32,000 bases of DNA from Ignicoccus hospitalis KIN4/I (lineage in GTDB: Archaea; Thermoproteota; Thermoprotei_A; Sulfolobales; Ignicoccaceae), in the NCBI RefSeq assembly GCF_000017945.1, contig NC_009776.1, positions 1,230,001-1,262,000 of the forward strand, read 5' to 3'. Positions 22,989 to 32,000 of the stretch are shown here, one piece after another. Numbering within the stretch: position 1 is the first letter of the stretch; every line of letters begins with the position of its first letter. A program made the position numbers and the translations under genes. The notes beneath the pieces are model-generated. The model was not told where the DNA came from. It ran no database searches and worked only from the letters and a program-made list of their open reading frames with translations.

Positions 22989-24974
22989 TCACTTCCAACG
23001 GGAGGCCCTATACTCTTGTAAGAGTTTTTCGAGGTCTTCTACTTGCATCTGCCTCATAGACTTCAGTTTCTCCATTCTCTCGTTCCACTCGTCTTTAAGG
23101 TCAATGGGAAGGACGGCATACCTACCGTAGACCTCGCCCGACGCCGTTATTACGGGGATCCCCCTATCCTCTAATTCTTTCTTAGTCTTCTCATTTATCT
23201 CAGAGGCAAATAACATTATATTATTCTCTAATATCTTTTCTATGAAGTCTTCGTTTAGCGCTTCCACCTTGTTCGCTAAGATCGCCCTCGTGGGTAGCTC
23301 CTCTATTTCGTGTTCCGGGAACTTGGAAGTAAAAGTAATGTCGTCCAAGTACAAGGCTACGAACGCCTCACCTCTCTCGACCTTTAACGCCGCCTCCCCG
23401 GCCTTCTCCAACAACGAGCTCAGTTCCTCGTTAATCCTCTGGAGCTCCTCAACCTTACGCGTCAGCTGGGAGTAACTCTCCTTTATCGAGGATACCTTCC
23501 TCTCCACTTCGTCCTCTATCTGTCTCCTAATTAGGTTCAGTTCCAAGTTTAGCTTCTCAATTGTAGCTTCTAACTCCTTAATCTTTAGCTTTAGGCTAAC
23601 GTTCTCGGCCTCTAGGTACGCTAGTTTTAAGGCGCTCTTCAGGCCGCCGCCCTCGAGGTCGTTCCTCTTAGGTTGTTGAGCTGTAGGGTAGACGTCTTCT
23701 TCGCCCCCCTCTTCTTTTATAAGTTCACCTATCTCTTCTTCAACCACGTCCGCTATCGAACGTCCTTCTTTCAAGACGCTGAGGCGCACTCTATCTCTAT
23801 CGACGTCGAGTCCTATTCTCTCCAAGTAGTTCTCTACTTTTTCTATCTTACCCTTTATCGCATTGAGGGCCTTGTGCGCCGCCGCCAACGCGTCCCTTTG
23901 GTGGCTGTCCTCCACGTTGACCCCTCTAGCCCGGTACTCCTCCGCTATCCTCTCCTTCTCCTTGACGCTTAAGGAGTTCTTAGGATAATATAACTCCGCG
24001 TTGAGCGTCGCGGCGAGCTTCTTCGCGGTGTGGGAGGGGGGACTAGTATCAGTAGCAATAATTATAGGTAGTCCGAACTTGTTTATCAGAGATACTAGCT
24101 CGCCCCTATCTGCATTCTTGAACGAGCCTAAGAAGAGGACCTCGCCTTCTACGTTCAATATAGCCAGTCCGGTCTTTATGCCGGGGTCAATGCCTACGAC
24201 GAGTAGCTCTTTTGTCCTTTGTTCTTCGTCTTCGAACATAAATTTGCGCGTGACGACCGGTCTAACCTTTACGCGCACCGCGCTGCTGCTGACCGGCTTA
24301 ACGAGCCCCTCTAGGGACTTTCGCGGGGCGTAGACGATAAAGGTTGCAGAATCTATAGAGCCGTCACTCTTCCTTATGAAGAGGTCGTAGTCAAGTCCCT
24401 CCTTTTCCAAGGTTGACTTTATTTCGTTCACTGTCTCGATTACCGCGTTCCTAGTGGCCCTTACAAAGCGATTCATACTGCTCCCGCCGGCTCTGGGAGT
24501 TCGACCCTTCGTCACAATGATCTTGGTCTTCTCTTCGAAAACTTTGACCTTTGTGCCTACGCCCTTGAGAGCCAAAAAGGCCAGTGCCAGCGCCGTTTCC
24601 CGGGGCGTGAGCTTCTCCGAGGTGAAACGCATTCCGTGAACCTTCAAGAGTTCCCTTAGGTCGACGAACTCCCCGTCCACCCGAGTTACTTGTACCACTT
24701 CAGTCTCTGGGGGAATCAAGTTCAAGAACTTGATCAATTCCCTCTGGTTCTCACCTAGTTCCGTTAAGTTGTCGACGGCAATCAGTTTCGGCCTGAACTC
24801 CCAGAGTATGCGTATGAGCTTCTTAATGTCAACCCTCTTATCTATGATTACTTTCCCGTCGCAGTCGACTAACACCAAGTGGAACTTTCCCTTAATCCCC
24901 GGCGGAGAGCCCGGCTCTAGGTCAACCGCTACCACTGGGCAATTCTTTGAGCCTTCTGACCACCTCATCAACAT
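22989..24974 (-). CDS. conserved archaeal DUF460/COG2433-type protein (RNase H-fold RuvC/YqgF-like domains plus coiled coil)
   Basis: LLVVGIDPGIKTGLAILNVEGEVLFLGSF...LPIIIATDTSPPSHTAKKLAA is the DUF460 core. A second, N-terminal RNase-H-like start is VVAVDLEPGSPPG...LIAVDN. A central heptad region follows (LKLKIKELEATIEKLNLELNLIRRQIEDE). The start overlaps the rio2 end. Confidence 0.65.
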   Translation of the reverse strand: MLMRWSEGSKNCPVVAVDLEPGSPPGIKGKFHLVLVDCDGKVIIDKRVDIKKLIRILWEFRPKLIAVDNLTELGENQRELIKFLNLIPPETEVVQVTRVDGEFVDLRELLKVHGMRFTSEKLTPRETALALAFLALKGVGTKVKVFEEKTKIIVTKGRTPRAGGSSMNRFVRATRNAVIETVNEIKSTLEKEGLDYDLFIRKSDGSIDSATFIVYAPRKSLEGLVKPVSSSAVRVKVRPVVTRKFMFEDEEQRTKELLVVGIDPGIKTGLAILNVEGEVLFLGSFKNADRGELVSLINKFGLPIIIATDTSPPSHTAKKLAATLNAELYYPKNSLSVKEKERIAEEYRARGVNVEDSHQRDALAAAHKALNAIKGKIEKVENYLERIGLDVDRDRVRLSVLKEGRSIADVVEEEIGELIKEEGGEEDVYPTAQQPKRNDLEGGGLKSALKLAYLEAENVSLKLKIKELEATIEKLNLELNLIRRQIEDEVERKVSSIKESYSQLTRKVEELQRINEELSSLLEKAGEAALKVERGEAFVALYLDDITFTSKFPEHEIEELPTRAILANKVEALNEDFIEKILENNIMLFASEINEKTKKELEDRGIPVITASGEVYGRYAVLPIDLKDEWNERMEKLKSMRQMQVEDLEKLLQEYRASRWK

Positions 24975-25809
24975 CTAAGGGGATACCGTATACTTTCTTA
25001 AAAAATCTTACCACGTACTCTACGTCCCTCCTCAACAACCTCTCAGCTAGCGGGCTATCTTTCTCTACGTACTGTGGCCAATCTATTATGAAGGCCTCAG
25101 AGGTAGAGGGAACTACTATTATGTTATACTCGCTCAAGTCGCCGTGCACTATACCTACGTCTTTGTACGCGATTTCTATTGTAACCAGCACGTCCTCAAG
25201 TGCCTTTAAAGGGTCGGGGATGTCGGGCTTGGTGTAAAGTTCGACGGCCCCCTCTATCAGTTCGGTGACCACTACGTGCCTACTCTTATCAACAGGTTTG
25301 GGAACCTTCGCGCCCCTAGGATATAACTCTTTGAGTGCCGCGAACTCCCTGCTAGCCGACACCTTAGACTGGAGGAGCCAACTGTCCTCCAATTTGTAAG
25401 GCCTGTTCCTTGCCACGTGCCTAAAGCTCTTCCTTCCGACCCTGTGAAACTTAACCGCAAGCCTCTTTCCGCCGGGGGCTATTCCGAGATATACGTCGCT
25501 CTCCTTCCCGACCCCTATCTTGTCGCCTATCTCGGCTAAGACCCCCCTCTTCATGAGGGTATGAATGGCCAAGACGTCGTAGGCCAAAATGGTGAGCCTG
25601 TATCCCAAACTGCTCCCGCTCATCCTCCTCAAGAGCTTGAGCTTGTTGAGGTGGTAGAGACTCCTCTCCAACCTGTGAAGGGGGAGTTTGGTCTCCTTCT
25701 CGAGGATCTCCACCGGGACGAACTCATGCGTCTTAAGTCTCCTCTCAATTGCCTTGAGAACCTTTATGTCGTCCTCTGTCAGTTGAGCATATATCTCCTT
25801 CAGGTTCAA
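24922..25809 (-). CDS. rio2: RIO-type serine/threonine kinase Rio2 (N-terminal winged helix plus RIO domain)
   Basis: N-terminal wHTH LTEDDIKVLKAIERRLKTHEFVPVEIL. Kinase elements IGVGKESDVYLG, LAVKFHR, catalytic HGDLSEYNIIV and metal-binding IDWPQ. TTG start. Confidence 0.88.
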   Translation of the reverse strand: MNLKEIYAQLTEDDIKVLKAIERRLKTHEFVPVEILEKETKLPLHRLERSLYHLNKLKLLRRMSGSSLGYRLTILAYDVLAIHTLMKRGVLAEIGDKIGVGKESDVYLGIAPGGKRLAVKFHRVGRKSFRHVARNRPYKLEDSWLLQSKVSASREFAALKELYPRGAKVPKPVDKSRHVVVTELIEGAVELYTKPDIPDPLKALEDVLVTIEIAYKDVGIVHGDLSEYNIIVVPSTSEAFIIDWPQYVEKDSPLAERLLRRDVEYVVRFFKKVYGIPLDVDEVVRRLKELPSGSG

Positions 25810-26665
25810 CTGGCTCCCCGGAGAGCGCCTCTAGGAATTGTTGTAAGTTTTCCGTGACCTTTACCTTGGAGTTCTCCAGAGTCTTCGGGACGTCGCTGTA
25901 ACCCACAGCAACGGACATCCTATCGATGATCTCGCTTAACTCGGCGAACCACTCGAGCTCCTCGTCGCCGTGCGGGACTACCGCGGTGAACTTCACCCCT
26001 CTCGCCTCGCCCCCCACGCTTACGTTTCCCTTTGGAACGTGAATTGAGTCCGTCACCTCCATCAACTCCCTCTCCAGCGGGGTATGGGGCTCCACCTTCA
26101 GCTCGATACCTTGGAACTCTTCAAGGTTTACGGGCTTTAACACCTCGTCTCCTACGAGCTCTGCTAGTCTTATGGCGGTGTCTACGCTCACGTCCTTGTT
26201 ACCCCTTATGTAGTCGTACACGGACTTCCGACTGACCCCCAAGTAGTTGGCCAACTCACCCATGCTTATCCCCATCTCCTCACATAACTCCTTCAACCTC
26301 TTGCTGTCTATAGATACCGTGAAGATAGATTTTTTCTTCCTTATGTAGATCTTGTTCCCCTTCAGTATGTTTTCGAACGTCTCTAAATTCACCACCGCGA
26401 CTCCGTACTTCTCGTAAACGACGTCCTCTAAGAGCTCCTCGTCTCCGGACTTTTTGGCGACCAGCAAGGGCTTCGCGCCTATACCCTTCGCCAACATCGT
26501 CAGCGTCCCTACCTTTCTCTTGCTTACCTTTGCGCTGTTCTCCACACCCAGTACTACGAACACGTCGTCGTTGGACCTCACGACTACGTCGCTCACCTTT
26601 CCGTTTTCTATGTATTTATACTTCTCCACGATCCTAACCAAATCCTTTCGGAGGGACATCTTCAC
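25745..26665 (-). CDS. archaeal XRE-family HTH transcriptional regulator (COG1395-like)
   Basis: Central Cro/C1-type HTH MGISMGELANYLGVSRKSVYDYIRGNKDVSVDTAIRLAELVG. The size (about 306 aa) and its position upstream of rio2 fit the conserved archaeal family. ATG 26659 is an alternative to GTG 26665. Confidence 0.65.
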   Translation of the reverse strand: MKMSLRKDLVRIVEKYKYIENGKVSDVVVRSNDDVFVVLGVENSAKVSKRKVGTLTMLAKGIGAKPLLVAKKSGDEELLEDVVYEKYGVAVVNLETFENILKGNKIYIRKKKSIFTVSIDSKRLKELCEEMGISMGELANYLGVSRKSVYDYIRGNKDVSVDTAIRLAELVGDEVLKPVNLEEFQGIELKVEPHTPLERELMEVTDSIHVPKGNVSVGGEARGVKFTAVVPHGDEELEWFAELSEIIDRMSVAVGYSDVPKTLENSKVKVTENLQQFLEALSGEPVEPEGDICSTDRGRHKGSQGN

Positions 26666-27080
26666 CGACCCCCACGAGGCGGGCCACGTCTACCTCGAAT
26701 ATTATGAAAACCAAGCTGGAGAATCGAGTTATTAACCTCTCCAAGTGGTATAACCGTAAGGGTTCTTCCTTGTCTATGCCTACGAGCCTCCTCACGGCCT
26801 TTTCATCCCATTCGGAACCTAGTACCTTCACGACCCCCGTGAGCGGCTCGTAGGCCAGTAGCAGAGGTACTCTCACGACCCACTTCATCCAAGAGGGTAA
26901 TAAGTTTATCATCTCGTTGAGCTCGTCTGTATCCATTAAGTGCTCGCTCCCGTCCCTTAGCTTTATGAGTCTCCTGCCTTCGGCAGCGGCCTTGAGTAGT
27001 ACCCTTTCTTGGGGCACGCTCTGATTGATCGATCGGAACTCCTCGATGACGTTTCTTACTACTCCGTTCGCGTCCGTCAT
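26634..27080 (-). CDS. UPF0216 (DUF61)-like small archaeal protein
   Basis: The pattern LIKLRDGSEHLMDTDELNEMINLLP...VRVPLLLAYEP...VKVLG resembles the UPF0216 family as I recall it. ATG start. Confidence 0.4.
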   Translation of the reverse strand: MTDANGVVRNVIEEFRSINQSVPQERVLLKAAAEGRRLIKLRDGSEHLMDTDELNEMINLLPSWMKWVVRVPLLLAYEPLTGVVKVLGSEWDEKAVRRLVGIDKEEPLRLYHLERLITRFSSLVFIIFEVDVARLVGVGEDVPPKGFG

Positions 27081-27128
27081 GCTATCATTTACTTTAACGC
27101 TGGAGGGGGAGTTTATAGTAATGTGTAT

Positions 27129-27485
27129 CTACACGCCCTCGCCCTCGAATTCTTTCTCTATTTCGTCCAAGTCTAGCTCGATAACTTCGCCCTCCCGAGC
27201 TTCTTGTACTTCCGACTTCCGCTTGACCTCGTCTTTTATCTCCTTCTTCTTGCCCCTGGCTTCGACCTCGACCTCGTCGTTTCCTATCTTGATCTTGGAA
27301 ACTACGCCCCTCCACTTATATCCGCAGTTGGGACACTCAAAAGAGCCCATTACGGTTACCGTTATCCTTCCTTTGGAGTCCGGAAGGGGCGAGACTAACT
27401 GCCACGTCTTCTTGGGTTCACTAACCCTAGTGCCACACTTCGGGCACACGAAGGGGTCTTTCTTTTTCTTGCTCTTCCGCGCCAT
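27129..27485 (-). CDS. zinc-ribbon protein with Lys-rich N-terminus and Lys/Glu-rich tail
   Basis: The pairs CPKCG and CPNCG form a 4-Cys ribbon. The preferred start is MARKSKKKKDPFV (ATG 27485). The longest ORF begins at GTG 27503. Confidence 0.5.
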   Translation of the reverse strand: MARKSKKKKDPFVCPKCGTRVSEPKKTWQLVSPLPDSKGRITVTVMGSFECPNCGYKWRGVVSKIKIGNDEVEVEARGKKKEIKDEVKRKSEVQEAREGEVIELDLDEIEKEFEGEGV

Positions 27486-27591
27486 TCCGAGGTTTCCCGA
27501 CACCCACGCGCCGGCCTCTGTTTTATTGTAGTACGGTTAACGCCACTCATAAAGGATCATTGAGGGGAGTTGGGTCGGGGGCGCACAACCC

Positions 27592-27936
27592 ATGGTAGAT
27601 TTGGACAAGGTTCGAGAAGCTATTAGGAGATTTAATGAGAAATACGGAGCAGAGAGCGAGTTGATTGAGGTAAAGAACGATGAGATAGTTGTCCACGTTA
27701 AGGGTCACATATGCTTCACGTGCGGGGCGTACGACTACTTCGAGGACTTAGCTTTTGAATTGAGCGACGTGCTAGGGAGGGAGTACGCCGTGGCCGAAGA
27801 GAAACAGTTGGAAGACGGCACGTACATCGTTCGCTACTTGCCCGCCGAGAAGGTCGATAAGGTCGTGAGAGAAGCCATGATTGTTATTTATGACAACGTG
27901 GAGAAGCTCCGATTGGAAATTCCTAAGAGGGGATAA
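27592..27936 (+). CDS. small CxxC protein, possibly Nfu/NifU-C-like
   Basis: ELIEVKNDEIVVHVKGHICFTCGAYDYFEDLAFELSDVL loosely follows the Nfu pattern (strand, strand, G-x-C-x-x-C, helix). ATG start, with the A/T box cataaagg about 30 nt upstream. Confidence 0.3.
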   Translation: MVDLDKVREAIRRFNEKYGAESELIEVKNDEIVVHVKGHICFTCGAYDYFEDLAFELSDVLGREYAVAEEKQLEDGTYIVRYLPAEKVDKVVREAMIVIYDNVEKLRLEIPKRG

Positions 27937-27941
27937 GACCC

Positions 27942-28544
27942 TTGGGGAACGTGCGCGACGTAATATTAATGACATTATTGGTCACGCCGAGCGGGGCCTT
28001 CAGTCCGGGCCTCCTCTCAGCCAGCGCGGTGGCGGCGGGAGCGGGTAGCGGCGTCTTAGGGGGGATTGCAGTAGCGACCGGGCACGTACTCTTCGAACTC
28101 CCTTACGTCTTCTTGTTAACTAAGACTTTGGGGAAGGTTAAGAATGTCTTAGATAAGTACAATAAAGTCCTAGCTCTGGTGGTTTTCGCCTTCGCGCTGT
28201 TCTTCGCAAAAGGACTCTTGGAGAGCCCCGACATGCCGAAGGTTACTGTCAACGATGCTCTGATGGCGGGGTTTGTCTTCACAGCGTTTAACGCCTACTT
28301 CTTGTTGTGGTGGGTAACAGTAGGCCTCCCGCTGGTCGAGGCCGCGTCGCTGAGCACAACCACCTTCGTTGCTATGTACTTATCGCACGTGTGGATGGAT
28401 TACGTCTGGTTAGCTGCGCTGGCGGCTTTGGGTGGCAGCGTGGCCAACTTCACTCTAATAAATTACATACTGGCAGCCTTGTTAATGCTCTTCGCCGTAG
28501 ACGTAGTCACGAAGAGCTTTTTTGGAAAAGGTATTTTGCCGTGA
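27942..28544 (+). CDS. integral membrane protein, about 6 TM, LysE/RhtB-like exporter candidate
   Basis: Six hydrophobic segments. The N-terminal LLVTPSGAFSPGLLSASAVAAG resembles the LysE-family PGP-type first helix. The start is TTG 27942 or ATG 27969. Confidence 0.35.
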   Translation: MGNVRDVILMTLLVTPSGAFSPGLLSASAVAAGAGSGVLGGIAVATGHVLFELPYVFLLTKTLGKVKNVLDKYNKVLALVVFAFALFFAKGLLESPDMPKVTVNDALMAGFVFTAFNAYFLLWWVTVGLPLVEAASLSTTTFVAMYLSHVWMDYVWLAALAALGGSVANFTLINYILAALLMLFAVDVVTKSFFGKGILP

Positions 28545-28599
28545 AGCCCGGGGATGACGTCTAGCTGGATTGGCTGAAGGGGATGATGACGGTTTCGGG

Positions 28600-31500
28600 T
28601 CATGACCCTAACAATTCACCATATTCCTTTATCTCGAGTCGGGCCGGGTCCAACGCGCCGTACTTCTCGTAAACCTTGATGAAGGCCTTTGACAGCTCAG
28701 CACCTAAGTAGGAGTTAAGTACCAAGGGTACATTCATGTCCACTGCAGTTCTTCTGACCACGTAGTCCACGCTCCTATTGCTCCCTGAAGTGATTACTAA
28801 GCCTATTTCCCTTTTAACCAACATTTCTTTTATCTTTGATGAATCGTAGGGCTCATAGCCCTTTACCTCCACTCCTTCTAGCGTTATCACGTGGTACCCC
28901 AACTCGGACATCGCGTCAGCTGCCTCCTTCGCCTTAGTCCTGTCTTCATCAAAGACCTCGAGGGAGTAAACTAACACTTTCTTGTCCTTGTTGGGTATAT
29001 CGTTGGGCACTGCCGACAGCCATGATAATATTAACGCGTCCTCGTAACTCCTCGAGAACGCCGCCACCTCCCCCGTGGAGCGCATCTCGGGACCCAAGTC
29101 CGGGTAAGCCCCCTTGAGTTGGGTCCAACTGAACTGGGGCGACTTGACTCCCCATACCTTGGTCGGGGGGACGTACACGCCTTCTCCCAACCCCAAGGTT
29201 CCCTCTACCACGACCTTCGCTGAGAGCTCCATCAGGTTGACGTTCCTAGACTTGCTGGAGAAGGGCATACTCCTACTCGCCCTCAAGTTCAGCTCTATCA
29301 CGTATGGGTCGTTGTTCTTTACTAAGAACTGGATATTGAACGGGCCCCTTATTTCCAGCTCTCTAGCTAAGGTTAACGAGATGTCTAGCATCTTGTTTAC
29401 TACCTCGTCCTCCAGCCTCGCTGGCGTGACCATCGTAGAGTCCCCAGAGTGAACGCCGGCCGGCTCCACGTGGCTTAAGGGAACTGCCACTACGCTTGCC
29501 GAGTCGGAGACCGCGTCCACCTCGGCTTCCCTAGCGCCCACGAAGAACTCCGACACCACCACCGGGTGCTCCCTGCTCACTTCACTCGCTTTCCTCACGA
29601 ACTCTACTAACTCTTCCCAGCTCCACACCACCTTCATCGCGGAGCCGCTTAGAACGTAGCTGGGCCTAACAATTACAGGAAATCCGACTTCATCGACGAA
29701 CTTCTTGAGCTCCTCCATACTAGAAGCGCTGACCCACCTAGGCTGTTTGATGTTAAGTTTATCTAACAAGTCGCTGAACTTCTTCCTGTCCTCCGCCGTG
29801 TCCACGCTCCTCCCGGGTGTCCCCAGTAAGGGAACGCCCAGCGCCTCTATCTTCTTGTATATTTTGTTGGCTATCTGACCCCCGGCGAACGCTATTACGC
29901 CCCACGGCCTTTCTTTCTCAACTACCTTGTAGACCGTCTCCTCCGTTATCTCTTCGAAGTATAGCTTATCGCTCTCGTCCCAATCGGTCGACACGGTCTC
30001 GGGGTTGTAGTTGAGCGTTATCACTTCTTCGGCGCCGTACTTTCTTAACGACCTAACTAACGATACCACGGCCCAATCAAATTCTACTGAGATCCCTATC
30101 TTGAAGACTCCCGCTCCGAGTACCATAGTCTTGTACCTCTTGTCTGTGAATTTCACGTCATCCTCAGTGCCGTCATAAGTCAAGTACAAGTAGTTAGTTA
30201 CCGCGGGCCACTCCGCCGCTAGGGTGTCTATCCTCTTAACCTTAGGTAATAGACCAGTCCTTATATCCACCTTCAGTTCCTTGTCACTGAAGCCAAGTAT
30301 CTTCGAATACTCGTAGTCGGCAGCGCTTCTTTCGATCTCTTTCTTCTGTTCTACCACTTCTTTTATCCAATGTAAGAAGTACTTGTCTACCCCATACGCC
30401 TCGTGTACCTCGTCCAGCGTGGCCCCTTCGTATATCGCCTTAGCAGCGTACAGGGGCCAATACGGCTCCCTCTTCCGGAGCTTTTCTAAGGCCTCCTCCT
30501 TACTCTTTACCTTTATTGGCTCAAAGTCTGTTATCCCCTCCACCCCTATGTCTAACATCCTAAAGGCCTTCTGGAGGGCCTCTGCAACGTTCCTACCAAT
30601 CGCCATTACCTCCCCTACACTCTTCATCTCGCTGTCGAGACTTTTTTCAACGCCTTCGAATTTATCCAAATCCCACCTTGGAACCTTAATCACGACGTAG
30701 TCTAAACTGGGTTCGAAGCAAGCACACGTGGCACCGGTGACTTTGTTCAGGATTTCCCAAAGTTTGTAGCCCAGCGCCAGTTTCGCAGCGACGTACGCCA
30801 ACGGATATCCGGTAGCCTTGCTCGCTAGGGCGCTCGACCTACTCATCCTGGGGTTCGTCTCTATAACGTAATAAGTCTCGCCGCGCGGGTCGAGGGCCAG
30901 CTGGACGTTCCCTTCCCCAACTAATCCAATGACTTCTGCCACCCTAATTGAGGCATCTCTCAATATCTGGTACTCTCTGTTGGTTAACGTCTGACAAGGC
31001 GCTATCACCACTGAGTCGCCCGTGTGGACCCCCATGGGATCTAAGTTCTCTAAGCACGCCACAGCTACCGAATTGTTGTATGCATCCCTAACCACCTCAA
31101 ATTCTATCTCCTTCCAATGGTGGAGGTACTTCTCTACCAGCACTCTCCCGACCGCGCTCTGCGCGAAAGCCCTCACGACCCACTTCTCGAGTTCTCTTCT
31201 ATTCCATGCAATGAAGCTGCCCTTACCGCCCAAGGTGAACGCTATCCTCACTATTACCGGATATCCCAACCTTTCCGCTATCTCCAACGCTTCGTCCACA
31301 TTACTCGCCGCCTCGCTAGGGGGCATTGGGATTCCGTTTTCCTTCATAGTCTTGGCAAACAGAGTCTTGTCGGTGGCTTTCTTTATACCCTCTATGGGCG
31401 TTCCTATCACCTTCACGCCGTACTTCTGCAAGACGCCGCTTTCCCAGAGCTCCACCCCTAACGTGAGGGCCGTCTGTCCGCCGAAGCCTATGAGTATGCC

Positions 31501-31743
31501 GTCGGGCCTCTCGGCCTCAATTATTTTTTCTAGTATGTCCCTCCTCAGCGGAACGAAGTACAACTTGTCGCTCATCTCTTTGGTGGTTTGAACTGTCGCC
31601 ACGTTAGGGTTTACTAGTATGGTTTCTATACCTTCCTCGCGGAGGGCCTTCAGCGCTTGGCTCGTGCTATAATCGAACTCGGCCGCCTCGCCTATCTTGA
31701 TTGCGCCGGAGCCTATAATCAAAACGCTCCTCAAGTCGTTCAT
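28600..31743 (-). CDS. carB: carbamoyl-phosphate synthase large subunit
   Basis: Duplicated ATP-grasp architecture. It begins VLIIGSGAIKIGEAAEFDYSTSQALKALREEGIETILVNPNVATVQT and repeats at MVLGAGVFKIGISVEFDWAVV. An MGS-like C-terminal domain follows. Normal length of 1047 aa. The start overlaps the carA stop (ATGA, 31740-31743). Confidence 0.97.
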   Translation of the reverse strand: MNDLRSVLIIGSGAIKIGEAAEFDYSTSQALKALREEGIETILVNPNVATVQTTKEMSDKLYFVPLRRDILEKIIEAERPDGILIGFGGQTALTLGVELWESGVLQKYGVKVIGTPIEGIKKATDKTLFAKTMKENGIPMPPSEAASNVDEALEIAERLGYPVIVRIAFTLGGKGSFIAWNRRELEKWVVRAFAQSAVGRVLVEKYLHHWKEIEFEVVRDAYNNSVAVACLENLDPMGVHTGDSVVIAPCQTLTNREYQILRDASIRVAEVIGLVGEGNVQLALDPRGETYYVIETNPRMSRSSALASKATGYPLAYVAAKLALGYKLWEILNKVTGATCACFEPSLDYVVIKVPRWDLDKFEGVEKSLDSEMKSVGEVMAIGRNVAEALQKAFRMLDIGVEGITDFEPIKVKSKEEALEKLRKREPYWPLYAAKAIYEGATLDEVHEAYGVDKYFLHWIKEVVEQKKEIERSAADYEYSKILGFSDKELKVDIRTGLLPKVKRIDTLAAEWPAVTNYLYLTYDGTEDDVKFTDKRYKTMVLGAGVFKIGISVEFDWAVVSLVRSLRKYGAEEVITLNYNPETVSTDWDESDKLYFEEITEETVYKVVEKERPWGVIAFAGGQIANKIYKKIEALGVPLLGTPGRSVDTAEDRKKFSDLLDKLNIKQPRWVSASSMEELKKFVDEVGFPVIVRPSYVLSGSAMKVVWSWEELVEFVRKASEVSREHPVVVSEFFVGAREAEVDAVSDSASVVAVPLSHVEPAGVHSGDSTMVTPARLEDEVVNKMLDISLTLARELEIRGPFNIQFLVKNNDPYVIELNLRASRSMPFSSKSRNVNLMELSAKVVVEGTLGLGEGVYVPPTKVWGVKSPQFSWTQLKGAYPDLGPEMRSTGEVAAFSRSYEDALILSWLSAVPNDIPNKDKKVLVYSLEVFDEDRTKAKEAADAMSELGYHVITLEGVEVKGYEPYDSSKIKEMLVKREIGLVITSGSNRSVDYVVRRTAVDMNVPLVLNSYLGAELSKAFIKVYEKYGALDPARLEIKEYGELLGS

Positions 31744-32000
31744 TGAGCCTTCACCTCAGAGGCGAACTTGTCGAAAATCCACAAGGTGTCGTGAGGACCC
31801 GGGGAGGATTCTGGGTGGAACTGGACGCTGAAAACTGGCCTCTTCGGGTCCTTGCTTATCACCCCCTCGAGGGTGTTGTCATCAGGGTTCACGAACCACT
31901 TCCTAAACTTTACGTTGTCTATAGTTTTCGGGTCCACCGCGTATCCGTGGTTCTCGCTAACTATGAAGCACCTCCCCTCTGAGTCCTTGACGGGCTTGTT
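31740..32000 (-). CDS. carA: carbamoyl-phosphate synthase small subunit (glutaminase), C-terminal part; N-terminus beyond the window end
   Basis: The frame is open from position 32000: NKPVKDSEGRCFIVSENHGYAVDP...VFSVQFHPESSPGPHD. This is the class-I amidotransferase His/Glu region. The GTG-initiated 65-aa track ORF is only the tail of this gene. Confidence 0.9.
   Translation of the reverse strand, partial: NKPVKDSEGRCFIVSENHGYAVDPKTIDNVKFRKWFVNPDDNTLEGVISKDPKRPVFSVQFHPESSPGPHDTLWIFDKFASEVKAQ

Noticed and set aside
28551-28610. GGGATGA...CTGA...ATGATGA...ATGA arrangement between the membrane-protein gene and the carB end, considered as a C/D box sRNA
   Set aside because: The C-to-D' spacing is 16 nt rather than about 12. 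The terminal D box would be CAUGA rather than CUGA. There is no kink-turn-forming terminal pairing, and part of it lies inside the carB stop region.
1-32000. Looked for CRISPR arrays, long direct or inverted repeats, integrase or transposase genes and att-like tRNA-flanking duplications
   Set aside because: None was seen. The spacers are short and unique. The tRNA genes are followed by ordinary genes, not integrated elements. The only repeated blocks are the shared arms of the two tRNA-Ser genes.

Overview
Gene-dense archaeal chromosomal segment with 27 protein genes, 3 tRNA genes and very short spacers. I found no rRNA, CRISPR array, integrase, transposase or long repeat. Archaeal identity is shown by EF-2 with the diphthamide motif (HEDPAHRG), a tRNA intron in a bulge-helix-bulge fold, Rio2 kinase, a TFB-like factor, a Rad50-type ATPase, TATA-like boxes about 25-30 nt upstream of starts, and very GC-rich tRNA stems. 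The stems suggest a hyperthermophile, and a Desulfurococcales/Pyrodictiaceae-like crenarchaeote is only a guess. Housekeeping content includes apgM, a CBS protein, a Mut7-C RNase-like protein, EF-2, argF, moeA, nadE, carA/carB, and a co-directional overlapping chain (UPF0216, HTH regulator, rio2, COG2433/DUF460, nadE). The standout is a minus-strand cluster at 2547-8884 that reads as a complete bacterial-type periplasmic nitrate reductase module, napD-like, napA, napG, napH. NapA and NapG carry twin-arginine signals, NapA is unusually large (1259 aa), and no cytochrome c partner (napB/napC) lies in the window. Secondary observations are listed under findings: an orphan rad50-like gene directly behind a tRNA, a truncated Cys-less TFB paralog, a ParA/MinD-like protein with a degenerate P-loop, a long-form KamA radical-SAM protein, fixed TATA-to-tRNA spacing, and a possible structured RNA in the largest spacer. 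All functional calls come from motif recognition by eye. No database search was run.
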